Shown here piece after piece: positions 18,681 through 28,163 of a stretch of DNA of 64,000 nucleotides. This DNA comes from a virus. The notes under the pieces are model-generated. The model was given only the letters and a program-made list of their open reading frames with translations. It was not told where the DNA came from and ran no database searches. Position numbers and translations under genes: made by a program. The stretch is from IMG/VR virus record IMGVR_UViG_3300047157_000171; one strand, written 5' to 3'. Within the stretch, counting starts at the first letter, position 1. Every line of letters begins with the position of its first letter.

Positions 18681-20128
18681 TAGGGATACATTCGGTTTTT
18701 AGTAACGAGAATAGGGGGTTTATTTATAACGTGAATACTGATATTAGTACGGTTGAGTTATATACGTGGGTTTATTCGATATTGACGTGGAAAAGAGATG
18801 GGCATCCATTATATCTATATTGTGATGATAAAATTAATGAATTTGTCACCAAGTACGGATTCGGACATTTATATGATGAGATAAGGATTAGAAATTATGA
18901 TGATGATATTCACGAATGTTTTTGGTCGTACAATAAAATACGAGTAATAGAAGAATTTGGGGAACCTGTTTGTTTATTTGATGTCGATACGTTTTTTAGA
19001 AACACTGAATTTACTAAGTTACAATATGATATGATAACATATCATTATGAATTATGGGATTCAGAGTTAAAAGATAAAATGTTTAACAGTAAAGATAGTT
19101 TAAAAAACTTAAGTTTCTATCAACCTGTGGATGACAGTGTTGAGATTGTTAATGGTAGTTTATTGATTTTTAATAGTTATGATTTAAAAACAGAATTTTT
19201 ACGTAACGCTAAAGAGGTTGTTGATACCATAAAGACTATAGAGTATGAAAGTCAATTTGAATATGATTCGTATACTATCTTTATGGAACAGGTTAACTTA
19301 GGTTATTTAAATAATAAATATCACTGTGGTAAAGTGTCTAAAAGAAATGAATGGGGAGACTATAGGTTTAATGGTGACGAACCATTTGTACATTTAGGTC
19401 ATAATAAAGAGAGATTGGCTCATGGTAATCCACAGACGAAGGAAAGATACGTCCATATTATTAAGGAGAAGATTATTGAGTTAGGTTATCCTGAGTTTGA
19501 AAAGTTATTCACTCTAACAACATTTGAAGGGGATAAGACTCAAAATTCCTTAATACCTCAAAGGGTAAAACCATTGGCTAGAAATATGGGGAATAAGATA
19601 AATTCTGAGTTATTCACTAAATGGTATGGTGATAATATAGATATAATAACTGATAATCGATTTGATATTGCAATATGGGGTTCTATATTGGGTAATGATA
19701 TTGATTTAATAATATCAACATCTGAAGGGGTTAATATAAGTGATAAAGACTTAGAAGAATTTATGTTACTATTACATAGGTCAGGGAATTATATTGATAT
19801 TACTGTTGAGGTGTTATATACCAACAATATTAACTATTTCAGAGAATTTAGAATGGAAAATTCTCAAAAAGTGAAAGAAGATATTCTTATTGGGTTTGTT
19901 TCTGAATCGGATTATGAACCAAACGGTGAGTTAAGAACGGTGGGTAAACTAAAGTTTTATGAAGGACCATTTAACGATGCTTACTATAAATCAACAAATA
20001 AACATGATGAAGTTCTATTTATAGATTCGGTAAAAGATATAAAAAACAACGATGGATATACACATTTTTCATCAGAGGTTTATAATACCATATATGAAAG
20101 GTTTGGAATTTTCAGTATGTTAGGCTGA
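18677..20128 (+). CDS. Putative nucleotide-diphospho-sugar transferase with a C-terminal extension
   Basis: FWSYNKI...VCLFDVDTFF (DxD), NGSLL, EQ, VHLG. Confidence 0.55.
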   Translation: MIGIHSVFSNENRGFIYNVNTDISTVELYTWVYSILTWKRDGHPLYLYCDDKINEFVTKYGFGHLYDEIRIRNYDDDIHECFWSYNKIRVIEEFGEPVCLFDVDTFFRNTEFTKLQYDMITYHYELWDSELKDKMFNSKDSLKNLSFYQPVDDSVEIVNGSLLIFNSYDLKTEFLRNAKEVVDTIKTIEYESQFEYDSYTIFMEQVNLGYLNNKYHCGKVSKRNEWGDYRFNGDEPFVHLGHNKERLAHGNPQTKERYVHIIKEKIIELGYPEFEKLFTLTTFEGDKTQNSLIPQRVKPLARNMGNKINSELFTKWYGDNIDIITDNRFDIAIWGSILGNDIDLIISTSEGVNISDKDLEEFMLLLHRSGNYIDITVEVLYTNNINYFREFRMENSQKVKEDILIGFVSESDYEPNGELRTVGKLKFYEGPFNDAYYKSTNKHDEVLFIDSVKDIKNNDGYTHFSSEVYNTIYERFGIFSMLG

Positions 20129-20166
20129 AAAAATATTAACTGAATATTTATAATAAAAGAATATAG

Positions 20167-22278
20167 ATGGCATATCTAAAGAAAAATATAGAAACATTAA
20201 TTGATATTAAAATTACAGACAAAGGTAGAGAGTTAATTTCTACTGGTAAGTTCTGTAACATTGAGTATTTTCAGGTTGGTGATTCTGAATTTGACTATAA
20301 AAACGAAGACATCTTTAAGAGAGATGGGAAGAAGGATACACAGATAGTATTTAGAGCTAAAGATAAAGATTCGGATGTTAAATATCCGATACCTGTCGGT
20401 AGCGAAAGTCCTGATGACCCATTAAGTTGTAATACATATGGTAGGGTTTACCCGAATCATCAAGAAGAGGTTGTAAGTAAGAAAGTAGAGTTTTTAGGTG
20501 TGACACAAAATCAAAATATTAAAACACCGTTAGGTATATGTGTACCATTGATGAACTTTGATGGGACAGATACTTTGGTGACTAACAAGTTAATATCTTG
20601 TGAGTATATTTTAATCAAATTTCCGCAAGACCCATCAAACGTTTTAGATACTGATGGTCCTTGTTTATGGTATAAAGTCGTTTCGTTTATTGATGAGAAT
20701 ACGATTCAATTAGACAGACCTTTACCTAACTATTCTTTTGTTACTGACCTTAGTAAAGAGGCTACATTATTTGAGTACGCAAAAAGAGAGACTACAGAAT
20801 ATTTAGATTTCAATGTTGCGTGGACTGAGGAGTTTGCTGGTTTTGATGTTAACTTACCAAGAACATTTGCTGAAGGGTCTAAATATCTATCGGCTAAAGA
20901 GATGTTTGGTTATACGTCATACGAGCATGGAGATAATTATTATTCATGTAACCCTGAACCAACAACGACCACTACAACAACAATATGTCCTCCTGAGTTT
21001 TTATCATTGGACCTAACAAGAGAACCTACAGTACAATTATTTAGTAATGTTGAAGTAAGTGGAGAGAGCTGGGATTATTGTTCTTCGTATGTTGATTCTT
21101 ACGGTAAAGAGGTTTATGTGTATCCTGACGAACAAAAATTTATTGGTGTAATACATTATACTAAATGGGAAGACTATTATGGAACAGGTGAATGGTGGAA
21201 AGAATTTGACAGTGAATTCGAATTGAACCTACCAACGTTAATGTACCATAGAGATGAAGACAATAAAATGGGACATAAATTTAAAATGGGTTCTATCAAT
21301 AACTACGTTAAGTCGTTAGTGAATGATGAAATGGATTCTGAGGGTGAAGTTTATTTCGATTTAATTGATACGACTACTAATCAAAATATTGTTGGTAAGA
21401 TATTCCCACACAAACAAGCGATTGTTATCGACGATGAAGAGATATTAATGGCGTTATCAATGAAGTCTAATAGGAATTGGACGTTACCAGCACCGAAGGC
21501 GGTTAGAATATCGTCAGATGCTGATTGTATCGATTCTCCTGATGATGTTATGTTACCTAAAGACTTAACAAAACAAGTTTTTATTTCTTATATGTTCTAC
21601 AATAAGAATAATAAAATGTATTCGGCACCATCGGCACAATACGTTAGGGTTGACCCTAGTGGTACTGACGATTTTGATGTTGCGGTTTCATTTAAAGATG
21701 GTTTTAATTTCTTAAGAGATAAAATTATCACGGACAACAATCCAGGATTTCAAGCGACTAATTTCTATATTTTAGTACAACAGGTTGATACTAAAGACAA
21801 ACCACTACCTGACGAATGGAGGTATATTGAGTATACTGATAGTTTAAATGGGTTTGCTGGTGGTAACATATTAAGTTCTCACTTAACGGGAACTAAATTC
21901 ATAGTCAATGCTGAACTATATAATAACGCAGATGCGTTCAATTACAGACAGTTAATTGGTTATCCTAATCAAAATGAAAGAAACAATCTAATATTTGGTG
22001 ATGAATTTATGTTAATGGGTGATGTTACATTAAACAAACAACATAGTGTTTATGTGATGAACTACATAGTAGACCTACCAAGTAATAAGTTTATAAGGTC
22101 ACAAAACCCGACATGGGACCAAGACACTGACGCTAAAAAACAGGATTTATATATTACCGAAGTTGCTTTATACAACGACGATAAGGATATGGTCGCTATT
22201 GGTAAGGTGTCAAAACCACACAAAAGAAAGGTTGACCCTGCTAGTAATCAGGTTATATCGGTTAAAATAGATTTTTAA
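20167..22278 (+). CDS. Tail-collar/baseplate-associated structural protein
   Basis: ITDKGRELI at the N-terminus and YITEVALYNDDKDMVAIGK at the C-terminus resemble tail-collar fibre domains; contains PEPTTTTTTTICPP. Confidence 0.6.
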   Translation: MAYLKKNIETLIDIKITDKGRELISTGKFCNIEYFQVGDSEFDYKNEDIFKRDGKKDTQIVFRAKDKDSDVKYPIPVGSESPDDPLSCNTYGRVYPNHQEEVVSKKVEFLGVTQNQNIKTPLGICVPLMNFDGTDTLVTNKLISCEYILIKFPQDPSNVLDTDGPCLWYKVVSFIDENTIQLDRPLPNYSFVTDLSKEATLFEYAKRETTEYLDFNVAWTEEFAGFDVNLPRTFAEGSKYLSAKEMFGYTSYEHGDNYYSCNPEPTTTTTTTICPPEFLSLDLTREPTVQLFSNVEVSGESWDYCSSYVDSYGKEVYVYPDEQKFIGVIHYTKWEDYYGTGEWWKEFDSEFELNLPTLMYHRDEDNKMGHKFKMGSINNYVKSLVNDEMDSEGEVYFDLIDTTTNQNIVGKIFPHKQAIVIDDEEILMALSMKSNRNWTLPAPKAVRISSDADCIDSPDDVMLPKDLTKQVFISYMFYNKNNKMYSAPSAQYVRVDPSGTDDFDVAVSFKDGFNFLRDKIITDNNPGFQATNFYILVQQVDTKDKPLPDEWRYIEYTDSLNGFAGGNILSSHLTGTKFIVNAELYNNADAFNYRQLIGYPNQNERNNLIFGDEFMLMGDVTLNKQHSVYVMNYIVDLPSNKFIRSQNPTWDQDTDAKKQDLYITEVALYNDDKDMVAIGKVSKPHKRKVDPASNQVISVKIDF

Positions 22279-22333
22279 GTCTTTATTTAGTTCTAAATAT
22301 AGTTAAGTTTATAACTCAAAAGATATAATATAT

Positions 22334-22948
22334 ATGAGACCTAGTCAGAAAAAGAGCCCAAAAGTTTTGGGTTTAGATATTTCAACAAAGACAATTGGAT
22401 TTGCTTTGTTTGAAAAAGAAGATGTTAGTTTATTAGAACTTACACATTATTCTCCCATAATTAAACCAAGACCGGAAGACCTTATCGAAGAATTAATCAA
22501 AAAAGCGGATGCGTTTGCTAATAAGTTAAAAACGTATAAGGGAATTGGAATCGAAATGGTTGTGATTGAACAACCATTATTAAACTCAAATAATATATAT
22601 ACAGTTGGTACCTTAATGAAGTTTAATGCTTTGGTATCTAAAATCGTTTATGATATATTAGGTGTCGTACCTAAATATATTTCAACTTACGATTCAAGAA
22701 AATATGCTTACCCTAACTTATATGCTGAAAACGCAAGAGGTAAGAAGGTATTGTTCGGAGGATTTCCAAAAGGATGTGATAAGAAACATATAATTTGGGA
22801 ACAAGTCGCAGAGAAAGAACCACAAATCACTTGGTTATACACTAGAAACAACACATTAAAAAAGGAGAACTTTGATATGACAGATGCGTATACGTGTGTG
22901 TTAGGATATCTAAACGTTCTTAAGGAAAAGGAAGAAAAGGGAGAATAG
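22334..22948 (+). CDS. ruvC: RuvC-like Holliday junction resolvase
   Basis: VLGLDISTKTIG, VVIEQP and DMTDAY catalytic motifs. Confidence 0.8.
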   Translation: MRPSQKKSPKVLGLDISTKTIGFALFEKEDVSLLELTHYSPIIKPRPEDLIEELIKKADAFANKLKTYKGIGIEMVVIEQPLLNSNNIYTVGTLMKFNALVSKIVYDILGVVPKYISTYDSRKYAYPNLYAENARGKKVLFGGFPKGCDKKHIIWEQVAEKEPQITWLYTRNNTLKKENFDMTDAYTCVLGYLNVLKEKEEKGE

Positions 22949-22985
22949 ATTTGACTAGTTAAGGATAATTCTTTATTTTTACCCT

Positions 22986-23927
22986 ATGAGTGAAAACTTA
23001 GACACAGATTTATTATTATCGTTAGTTGAGGATGTTTTAGGTGAATACCGTAAACACAATGACGGACAGGGTCAAATATCGTTTGACTGTCCTACCTGTT
23101 CTTATGATATAAAAGGATTAGATGATGGTGACGGAAAAGGTAACTTGGAAGTTAACTATCATCGTAATGTGTTTAAATGTTGGGCGTGTTCAGAAACACA
23201 CGGTACACATGGTTCGATATATAAGTTAGTCAATATGTGGGGAACCCCATATCAAAAGAAACAACTTTCTTTAGTTATGCCAGACACCTTTATGGATAGA
23301 GGTGAGATTAAGTATGAGGTTGTTAAACTACCAAAAGAATATGTTAGATTTAAAGATGCGACTGTTGGGTTAAAGATGACTCACCATTACAAATACGCAT
23401 ATAACTATCTGAAAGGTCGTGGTATTAGTGACGAGGTTATTGACAAACACCATATGGGTTTTTGTTATGACGGACCGTACTCGGGTAGAATTATTGTTCC
23501 TTCCTACACTCAGGATATGGAGTTAAACTTTTTTGTGTCAAGATTATATGGTAATGGTTTCTTAAAATATAAGAACCCTAAAGCCTCTAAAGACACGTTA
23601 ATCTTTAACGAATATTTAATCGATTGGAATAAAGACATATATATTTGTGAAGGTGTCTTTGATAGTATATTCTTACCTAACTCAATACCGTTATTGGGTA
23701 AGTTTATAAATGATTATCTATGGGGTCGACTTTACGATGACGCAAAAGGTGATATAATTATATGTTTAGACGGTGATGCTTGGGCAGATGCTGAAAAACT
23801 ATATTATAAACTAAATGGTGGTAGACTTTACGGAAGGGTTAAGGTTGTTAAACTACCTGAAGATAAAGACATCGGTGACCTAAGAGGTGTGTTACCTGAA
23901 GGTTCGGTGTTAGAATTAGAAAGATAA
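22986..23927 (+). CDS. DNA primase (Zn-binding plus TOPRIM domains)
   Basis: CPTC/CWAC Zn site; ICEGVFD; CLDGD. Confidence 0.85.
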   Translation: MSENLDTDLLLSLVEDVLGEYRKHNDGQGQISFDCPTCSYDIKGLDDGDGKGNLEVNYHRNVFKCWACSETHGTHGSIYKLVNMWGTPYQKKQLSLVMPDTFMDRGEIKYEVVKLPKEYVRFKDATVGLKMTHHYKYAYNYLKGRGISDEVIDKHHMGFCYDGPYSGRIIVPSYTQDMELNFFVSRLYGNGFLKYKNPKASKDTLIFNEYLIDWNKDIYICEGVFDSIFLPNSIPLLGKFINDYLWGRLYDDAKGDIIICLDGDAWADAEKLYYKLNGGRLYGRVKVVKLPEDKDIGDLRGVLPEGSVLELER

Positions 23928-23937
23928 AAAATAAGAT

Positions 23938-24627
23938 ATGATACATCCAGAAATTTACAGTTATTTTGATGATAAGGAGGCTTGGAAAAGAAAGTATATG
24001 AGACCTGAGGCTTTATCAATGGAGTGGGATATGATGTTGGAAGAAGTCGGTCCTGACGTATTCCAATTCCCATTATTTAAAGAAGAGTTATGTGCTAAGT
24101 TAATTGAAGAAGCTGAAGCGACACAATCGTGGACACATAAGAGACATGCGTTTTATCCCACTACGGATATGTTAGTGGAGACCTTTGGGTTTGAAGAGAT
24201 ATATCATGAGATAATGGATGAATATATTATGGGAGCAGCAAGACACATTTACCAATTAAATGGTCAGAATTGGGACCAAGGAAATGTATATTCCGAGAAT
24301 TTTATGATACGTTATTCACCTGAAGAACAGGGACATTTATCACTACATTATGACCAATCGTCAATATCGTGTAACGTGGCGTTAAATGACGACTTTGAGG
24401 GTGGTGGTACGTATTTCTCAAGACATAAGGTATTGGCGAAAGCTAAAGGAACGGGTTATGTTACATTTCATCCTGGTCAGATAACACACAAACACGGAGG
24501 GATGCCGACAAACAAAGGAACTCGATATATTATTGTTTCATTTATGAATGATGATAAAAATAGAGAAGACCACATTAATGATTTAGAAAGATTTGCTAAC
24601 GAAAACGGATTCTATAATGATAAATAA
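23938..24627 (+). CDS. PLOD-type lysyl hydroxylase domain (2OG-Fe(II) dioxygenase)
   Basis: HYD...H...R triad; NFMIRYSPEEQ, FEGGGTYF, FHPGQITHKHGG and TRYIIVSF match the LH domain of PLODs. Confidence 0.85.
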   Translation: MIHPEIYSYFDDKEAWKRKYMRPEALSMEWDMMLEEVGPDVFQFPLFKEELCAKLIEEAEATQSWTHKRHAFYPTTDMLVETFGFEEIYHEIMDEYIMGAARHIYQLNGQNWDQGNVYSENFMIRYSPEEQGHLSLHYDQSSISCNVALNDDFEGGGTYFSRHKVLAKAKGTGYVTFHPGQITHKHGGMPTNKGTRYIIVSFMNDDKNREDHINDLERFANENGFYNDK

Positions 24628-25396
24628 GATAGTACATTTCTCAGATTTACATTTAAGATTATATCAATATCATGCTCAGTATAAAGAAATATTGACTGAT
24701 ATGTTACAACAATTTAAAGACGAGGAACCTGACCGTATAGTTTTTACTGGTGATTTAGTACATTCAAAAAATCAAATTACTCCTGAACTTATTGATGTAA
24801 CAAGGTGGGTATTAGATGAATGTTCTAAAATTGCGAGAACTGTATTAATAATTGGTAATCATGATTTCTTAGAAAACAATATGGATAGGATGGATTCAAT
24901 CAGTCCTATTTTAGATTCTATGAATAATGATAATATTGATTATTATATGGATAAGGGATTATATGAAGATGAGAATGTGGTGTGGGTTGTGTATTCGTTA
25001 AGGACACATAACGAACCTCCTGTTATTGACAGAGTTGAAGGTAAGAAACATATTGGGTTATTTCACGGACCAGTGCATGGATTAACGACTGACGTTGGTT
25101 ATGAATTTTCAGAAGGTTATGACCCGTTTAAATTTAAAGGTTGTGATTTGGTATTGTGTGGTGACATACATAAAAGACAGATATTTGATATTCCTGAAGG
25201 TAAGGCGTATATGGTCGGTTCGACAATACAACAAAACTTTGGGGAGTCAGTTTCAAAACATGGGTATGGTACCTACTATATAGATAAAGATGAATATTCG
25301 TTTACGGACTTAGATAATAAGTCACCGTTCTTACAATTTAAGATTACGGATATTGAGGACATTGAGAATGGGAAAGAAGTTTTGCTTAACGCTTGA
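24617..25396 (+). CDS. Mre11/SbcD-like metallophosphoesterase nuclease
   Basis: SDLH, GDLVH, GNHD, FHG and GDIH motifs; start reassigned to ATG at 24617. Confidence 0.9.
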   Translation: MINKIVHFSDLHLRLYQYHAQYKEILTDMLQQFKDEEPDRIVFTGDLVHSKNQITPELIDVTRWVLDECSKIARTVLIIGNHDFLENNMDRMDSISPILDSMNNDNIDYYMDKGLYEDENVVWVVYSLRTHNEPPVIDRVEGKKHIGLFHGPVHGLTTDVGYEFSEGYDPFKFKGCDLVLCGDIHKRQIFDIPEGKAYMVGSTIQQNFGESVSKHGYGTYYIDKDEYSFTDLDNKSPFLQFKITDIEDIENGKEVLLNA

Positions 25397-26255
25397 TAAG
25401 AACGTTTTAGATTTTTGTAAATTAAATGACATTGAAGATGTTAGGGGATTTGCTATAAAATGTTTTGAAAAGGGTCTGACTATAGAGAAGTATGGTGAGA
25501 CACCTTTACTTATGCCTAAAGAAATACAGACGGTAATCAAAGAAGTGGAGAAAGAGGTCATTAAAGAGGTTGAAATACCTGTTGAGGTGGTTAAGGAAGT
25601 TAAAGTAGAGGTCCCTGTTGAGAAAATAGTGGAAAAGATAGTTGAAAAACCTATTGAGGTGATAAAGGAAGTCATTAAAGAGGTACCAGTCGACAAAATA
25701 GTAGAAGTGGAGAAAGAGGTAGTGGTTTATAAAGAAAGACCTGTAGAAGTCGTAAAAGAGGTTGAGAAGATAATTGAAAAAGAAGTCCCAATAGAGAAAA
25801 TTAAAGAAATTGAAGTAATTAAAGAGGTCTATATAACGGATGACGAACAGGTTGAGGAACTTGGTGATAAAATAACACAATTAGAGAAAGAAAATAAGGA
25901 TTTGTCACAAAAAGTGATTAAATTGATGACAATTCCACCTAAAATTGTGGAAAAAGAAATACCGATTGAGAAAATTAAAATAGTCGACAGGGAAGTCCCT
26001 GTTGAAGTAATAAAAGAGGTTGAGAAAATAGTTGAAAAACCTATTGAAGTGATAAAGGAAGTCATTAAAGAGGTAAAAGTGGAGGTTCCTGTTGAAAAAA
26101 TCGTCAAGATTAAGGATAACTCTGAAATAGAAAAATTGACTAAACATAATAAAGAATTAATTGAGTCATTAGCTAAATATGACGAAATGTTTAGTAAATT
26201 TGAACAGAAAATAAGCGTTAAAAAATCAAAAAGAGATAATTTATATGATGAGTAG
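25368..26255 (+). CDS. Val/Ile-Glu-Lys repeat protein
   Basis: (EVIKEV/EKIVEKP)n; start probably ATG at 25368. Confidence 0.75.
   Translation: MGKKFCLTLDKNVLDFCKLNDIEDVRGFAIKCFEKGLTIEKYGETPLLMPKEIQTVIKEVEKEVIKEVEIPVEVVKEVKVEVPVEKIVEKIVEKPIEVIKEVIKEVPVDKIVEVEKEVVVYKERPVEVVKEVEKIIEKEVPIEKIKEIEVIKEVYITDDEQVEELGDKITQLEKENKDLSQKVIKLMTIPPKIVEKEIPIEKIKIVDREVPVEVIKEVEKIVEKPIEVIKEVIKEVKVEVPVEKIVKIKDNSEIEKLTKHNKELIESLAKYDEMFSKFEQKISVKKSKRDNLYDE
25641..26074 (+). repeat. 44-bp near-identical direct repeat inside the VEK-repeat gene
   Basis: gttgaaaaacctattga(g/a)gtgataaaggaagtcattaaagaggt at 25641 and 26031. Confidence 0.9.
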
Positions 26256-26565
26256 TTTAATATTATTTGCGTTTGTGGCATATGGTATGACCACAATAAT
26301 AGTTTACGGTTCTATATTTGAAGGAATTCGTAATTTCATACATAAAAAGGGGAAAAATAGTTCGTTTATGAAGTTTTTCTCAGACTTAGTAGGTTGTGTG
26401 TTATGTACATCGACATGGGTAGGGTTCTTCTTATCAATAACGATGTTTTCACCAACTAACACTATTTATGGTATATCCCTACCAATGACAATATTCTTTG
26501 ACGGAATGTTTTCAGCGGGAATAGTATGGGGAATAAACACACTTATAGAGTGGTTTGAAGATTAA
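26245..26565 (+). CDS. Small membrane protein with CxxC (DUF1360-like)
   Basis: Hydrophobic helices; GCVLCTSTWVG. Confidence 0.55.
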   Translation: MMSSLILFAFVAYGMTTIIVYGSIFEGIRNFIHKKGKNSSFMKFFSDLVGCVLCTSTWVGFFLSITMFSPTNTIYGISLPMTIFFDGMFSAGIVWGINTLIEWFED

Positions 26566-27181
26566 TATTATGATTAAATTTTTAAAGAAATTATTTAGTA
26601 AAGATGTTTTATTTGACTTATCAAAGATTGATGGGTTTGTTAAAAACTATGAATTAGATTTAGATAGGTTTGAAAAGGACTGGATGACAGGTGATGGTGT
26701 TTCTGATTATGTTAAAGGTGTTAACTACGAATGGTTATCTCCTGAATCGGTAAGTTTGGAAAATGAAGAAATACACATAACGTCTATACATAGACCCACT
26801 AATGTTGAGGGAGAAATATTTGACTATAAAACAGGTTTGGTAACAACAACACGTTTTTTTAGTTATGGTTATTATGAGTTCTCAGTAGACTTACCAAACA
26901 AAGGTTCACATACACCGACTGTTGAGATATTCAACCCTGAAAGTAACATTGAATTAGTTATAGGTAATTACGGGGTTAAAAAAATTGGTTTATTATATTT
27001 AAACAATAAAATAGAACTTTACCACGACAATCTTTTAGTTAAGAAAATTAAGAATGGGGATATAGGTTCTGAAGTCAAGATAAGAATTAAACATGGGTTA
27101 AATCCTTCGGTTGAGGGTACACACATTAAAGGTAGTGATACTTTAAGGTTAATTAGTTTAGACTATTATAGAAAAAAATGA
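26555..27181 (+). CDS. Degenerate GH16/ConA-like domain protein
   Basis: YKTGLVTT...FSYGYYEFSVDLP resembles GH16; no ExDxxE motif. Confidence 0.45.
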   Translation: MKINIMIKFLKKLFSKDVLFDLSKIDGFVKNYELDLDRFEKDWMTGDGVSDYVKGVNYEWLSPESVSLENEEIHITSIHRPTNVEGEIFDYKTGLVTTTRFFSYGYYEFSVDLPNKGSHTPTVEIFNPESNIELVIGNYGVKKIGLLYLNNKIELYHDNLLVKKIKNGDIGSEVKIRIKHGLNPSVEGTHIKGSDTLRLISLDYYRKK

Positions 27182-28107
27182 TACTAAAGTTAGGTTCTAA
27201 AGGTGAGAGTGTTAAAGAAATACAAGAGTTTCTCGGTATTACAATGGATGGAGATTTCGGTCCAAAAACTGAGAGAGCGGTTAAAGAATGGCAAAAGACA
27301 AAAGGACTACTTGTTGATGGTATTGTTGGTCCTTCCACTTGGAACGCTATGGGTATTGCTACTACTGATATATCGGAAATTGCGTTAACAGATGAAATAG
27401 TTATCAATAAGTCCTATTTACCTGACGGTGAATATTATAAAGGACCTGTAGATAAAGAATACTTATTTTTACACCACACTGCTGGTGGTAATAATCCATA
27501 TCGAACTATAATACATTGGGGTAGAGACAGTAGAGGTAGAATTGCTACTGAATTTGTTATTGGTGGTAAGTCAATTGATGGTGATGACCAATACGATGGT
27601 GAGATAGTTCAATCATTTCCTGAAGGGGGTTATTCATGGCATTTGGGTAAGAATGGTTCACAACATATGCACGTACACTCAGTAGGTATTGAGGTTTGTA
27701 ATTATGGTTATCTAACTAAAGGTGGGTACAAAAAGAAAATTAATGGTAGACGTGTCTGGGTGGATAGAGACCCTGATTCTTATTACGCATACACAGGTAG
27801 TAAAATACGTGAAGAGGATATTGTGTTTACTGAGGAATTTAGAGGTTATACTGCGTGGCACGCATACACAGACAAGCAAATTGAGTCTTTAAAGGAGTTA
27901 ATACTTTACATCAAAGAAAGAGATGGTATTGACATACAAAAGGGATTAATTAGTGAATATAAAAAAAATGGTTTGGATTCATTTGAATGGAATTCAGACG
28001 CTTATTATGGTAAAATTAAGGGTATGTGGACACATACGAATACCCGAAAAGGTAAGTCGGATATGTCTCCCCAACCCAAACTGATTGAGATGTTACTCAG
28101 TCTATAA
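27178..28107 (+). CDS. Endolysin: peptidoglycan-binding domain plus N-acetylmuramoyl-L-alanine amidase
   Basis: DGDFGPKTERAVKEWQ...DGIVGPSTW; LHHTAG, WTHTN and KSDMSP Zn motifs. Confidence 0.88.
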   Translation: MILKLGSKGESVKEIQEFLGITMDGDFGPKTERAVKEWQKTKGLLVDGIVGPSTWNAMGIATTDISEIALTDEIVINKSYLPDGEYYKGPVDKEYLFLHHTAGGNNPYRTIIHWGRDSRGRIATEFVIGGKSIDGDDQYDGEIVQSFPEGGYSWHLGKNGSQHMHVHSVGIEVCNYGYLTKGGYKKKINGRRVWVDRDPDSYYAYTGSKIREEDIVFTEEFRGYTAWHAYTDKQIESLKELILYIKERDGIDIQKGLISEYKKNGLDSFEWNSDAYYGKIKGMWTHTNTRKGKSDMSPQPKLIEMLLSL

Positions 28108-28124
28108 AAAATACAAATACTAAT

Positions 28125-28150
28125 AAATCCTGTCAGAAATGACGGGATTT
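28125..28150 (+). terminator. Stem-loop after the endolysin
   Basis: aaatcctgtca-gaaa-tgacgggattt. Confidence 0.6.
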
Positions 28151-28163
28151 CAAGTTTAATATA

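Noticed and set aside
25331-26296. Four minus-strand ORFs over the VEK gene
   Set aside because: Antisense shadows of a low-complexity plus-strand gene
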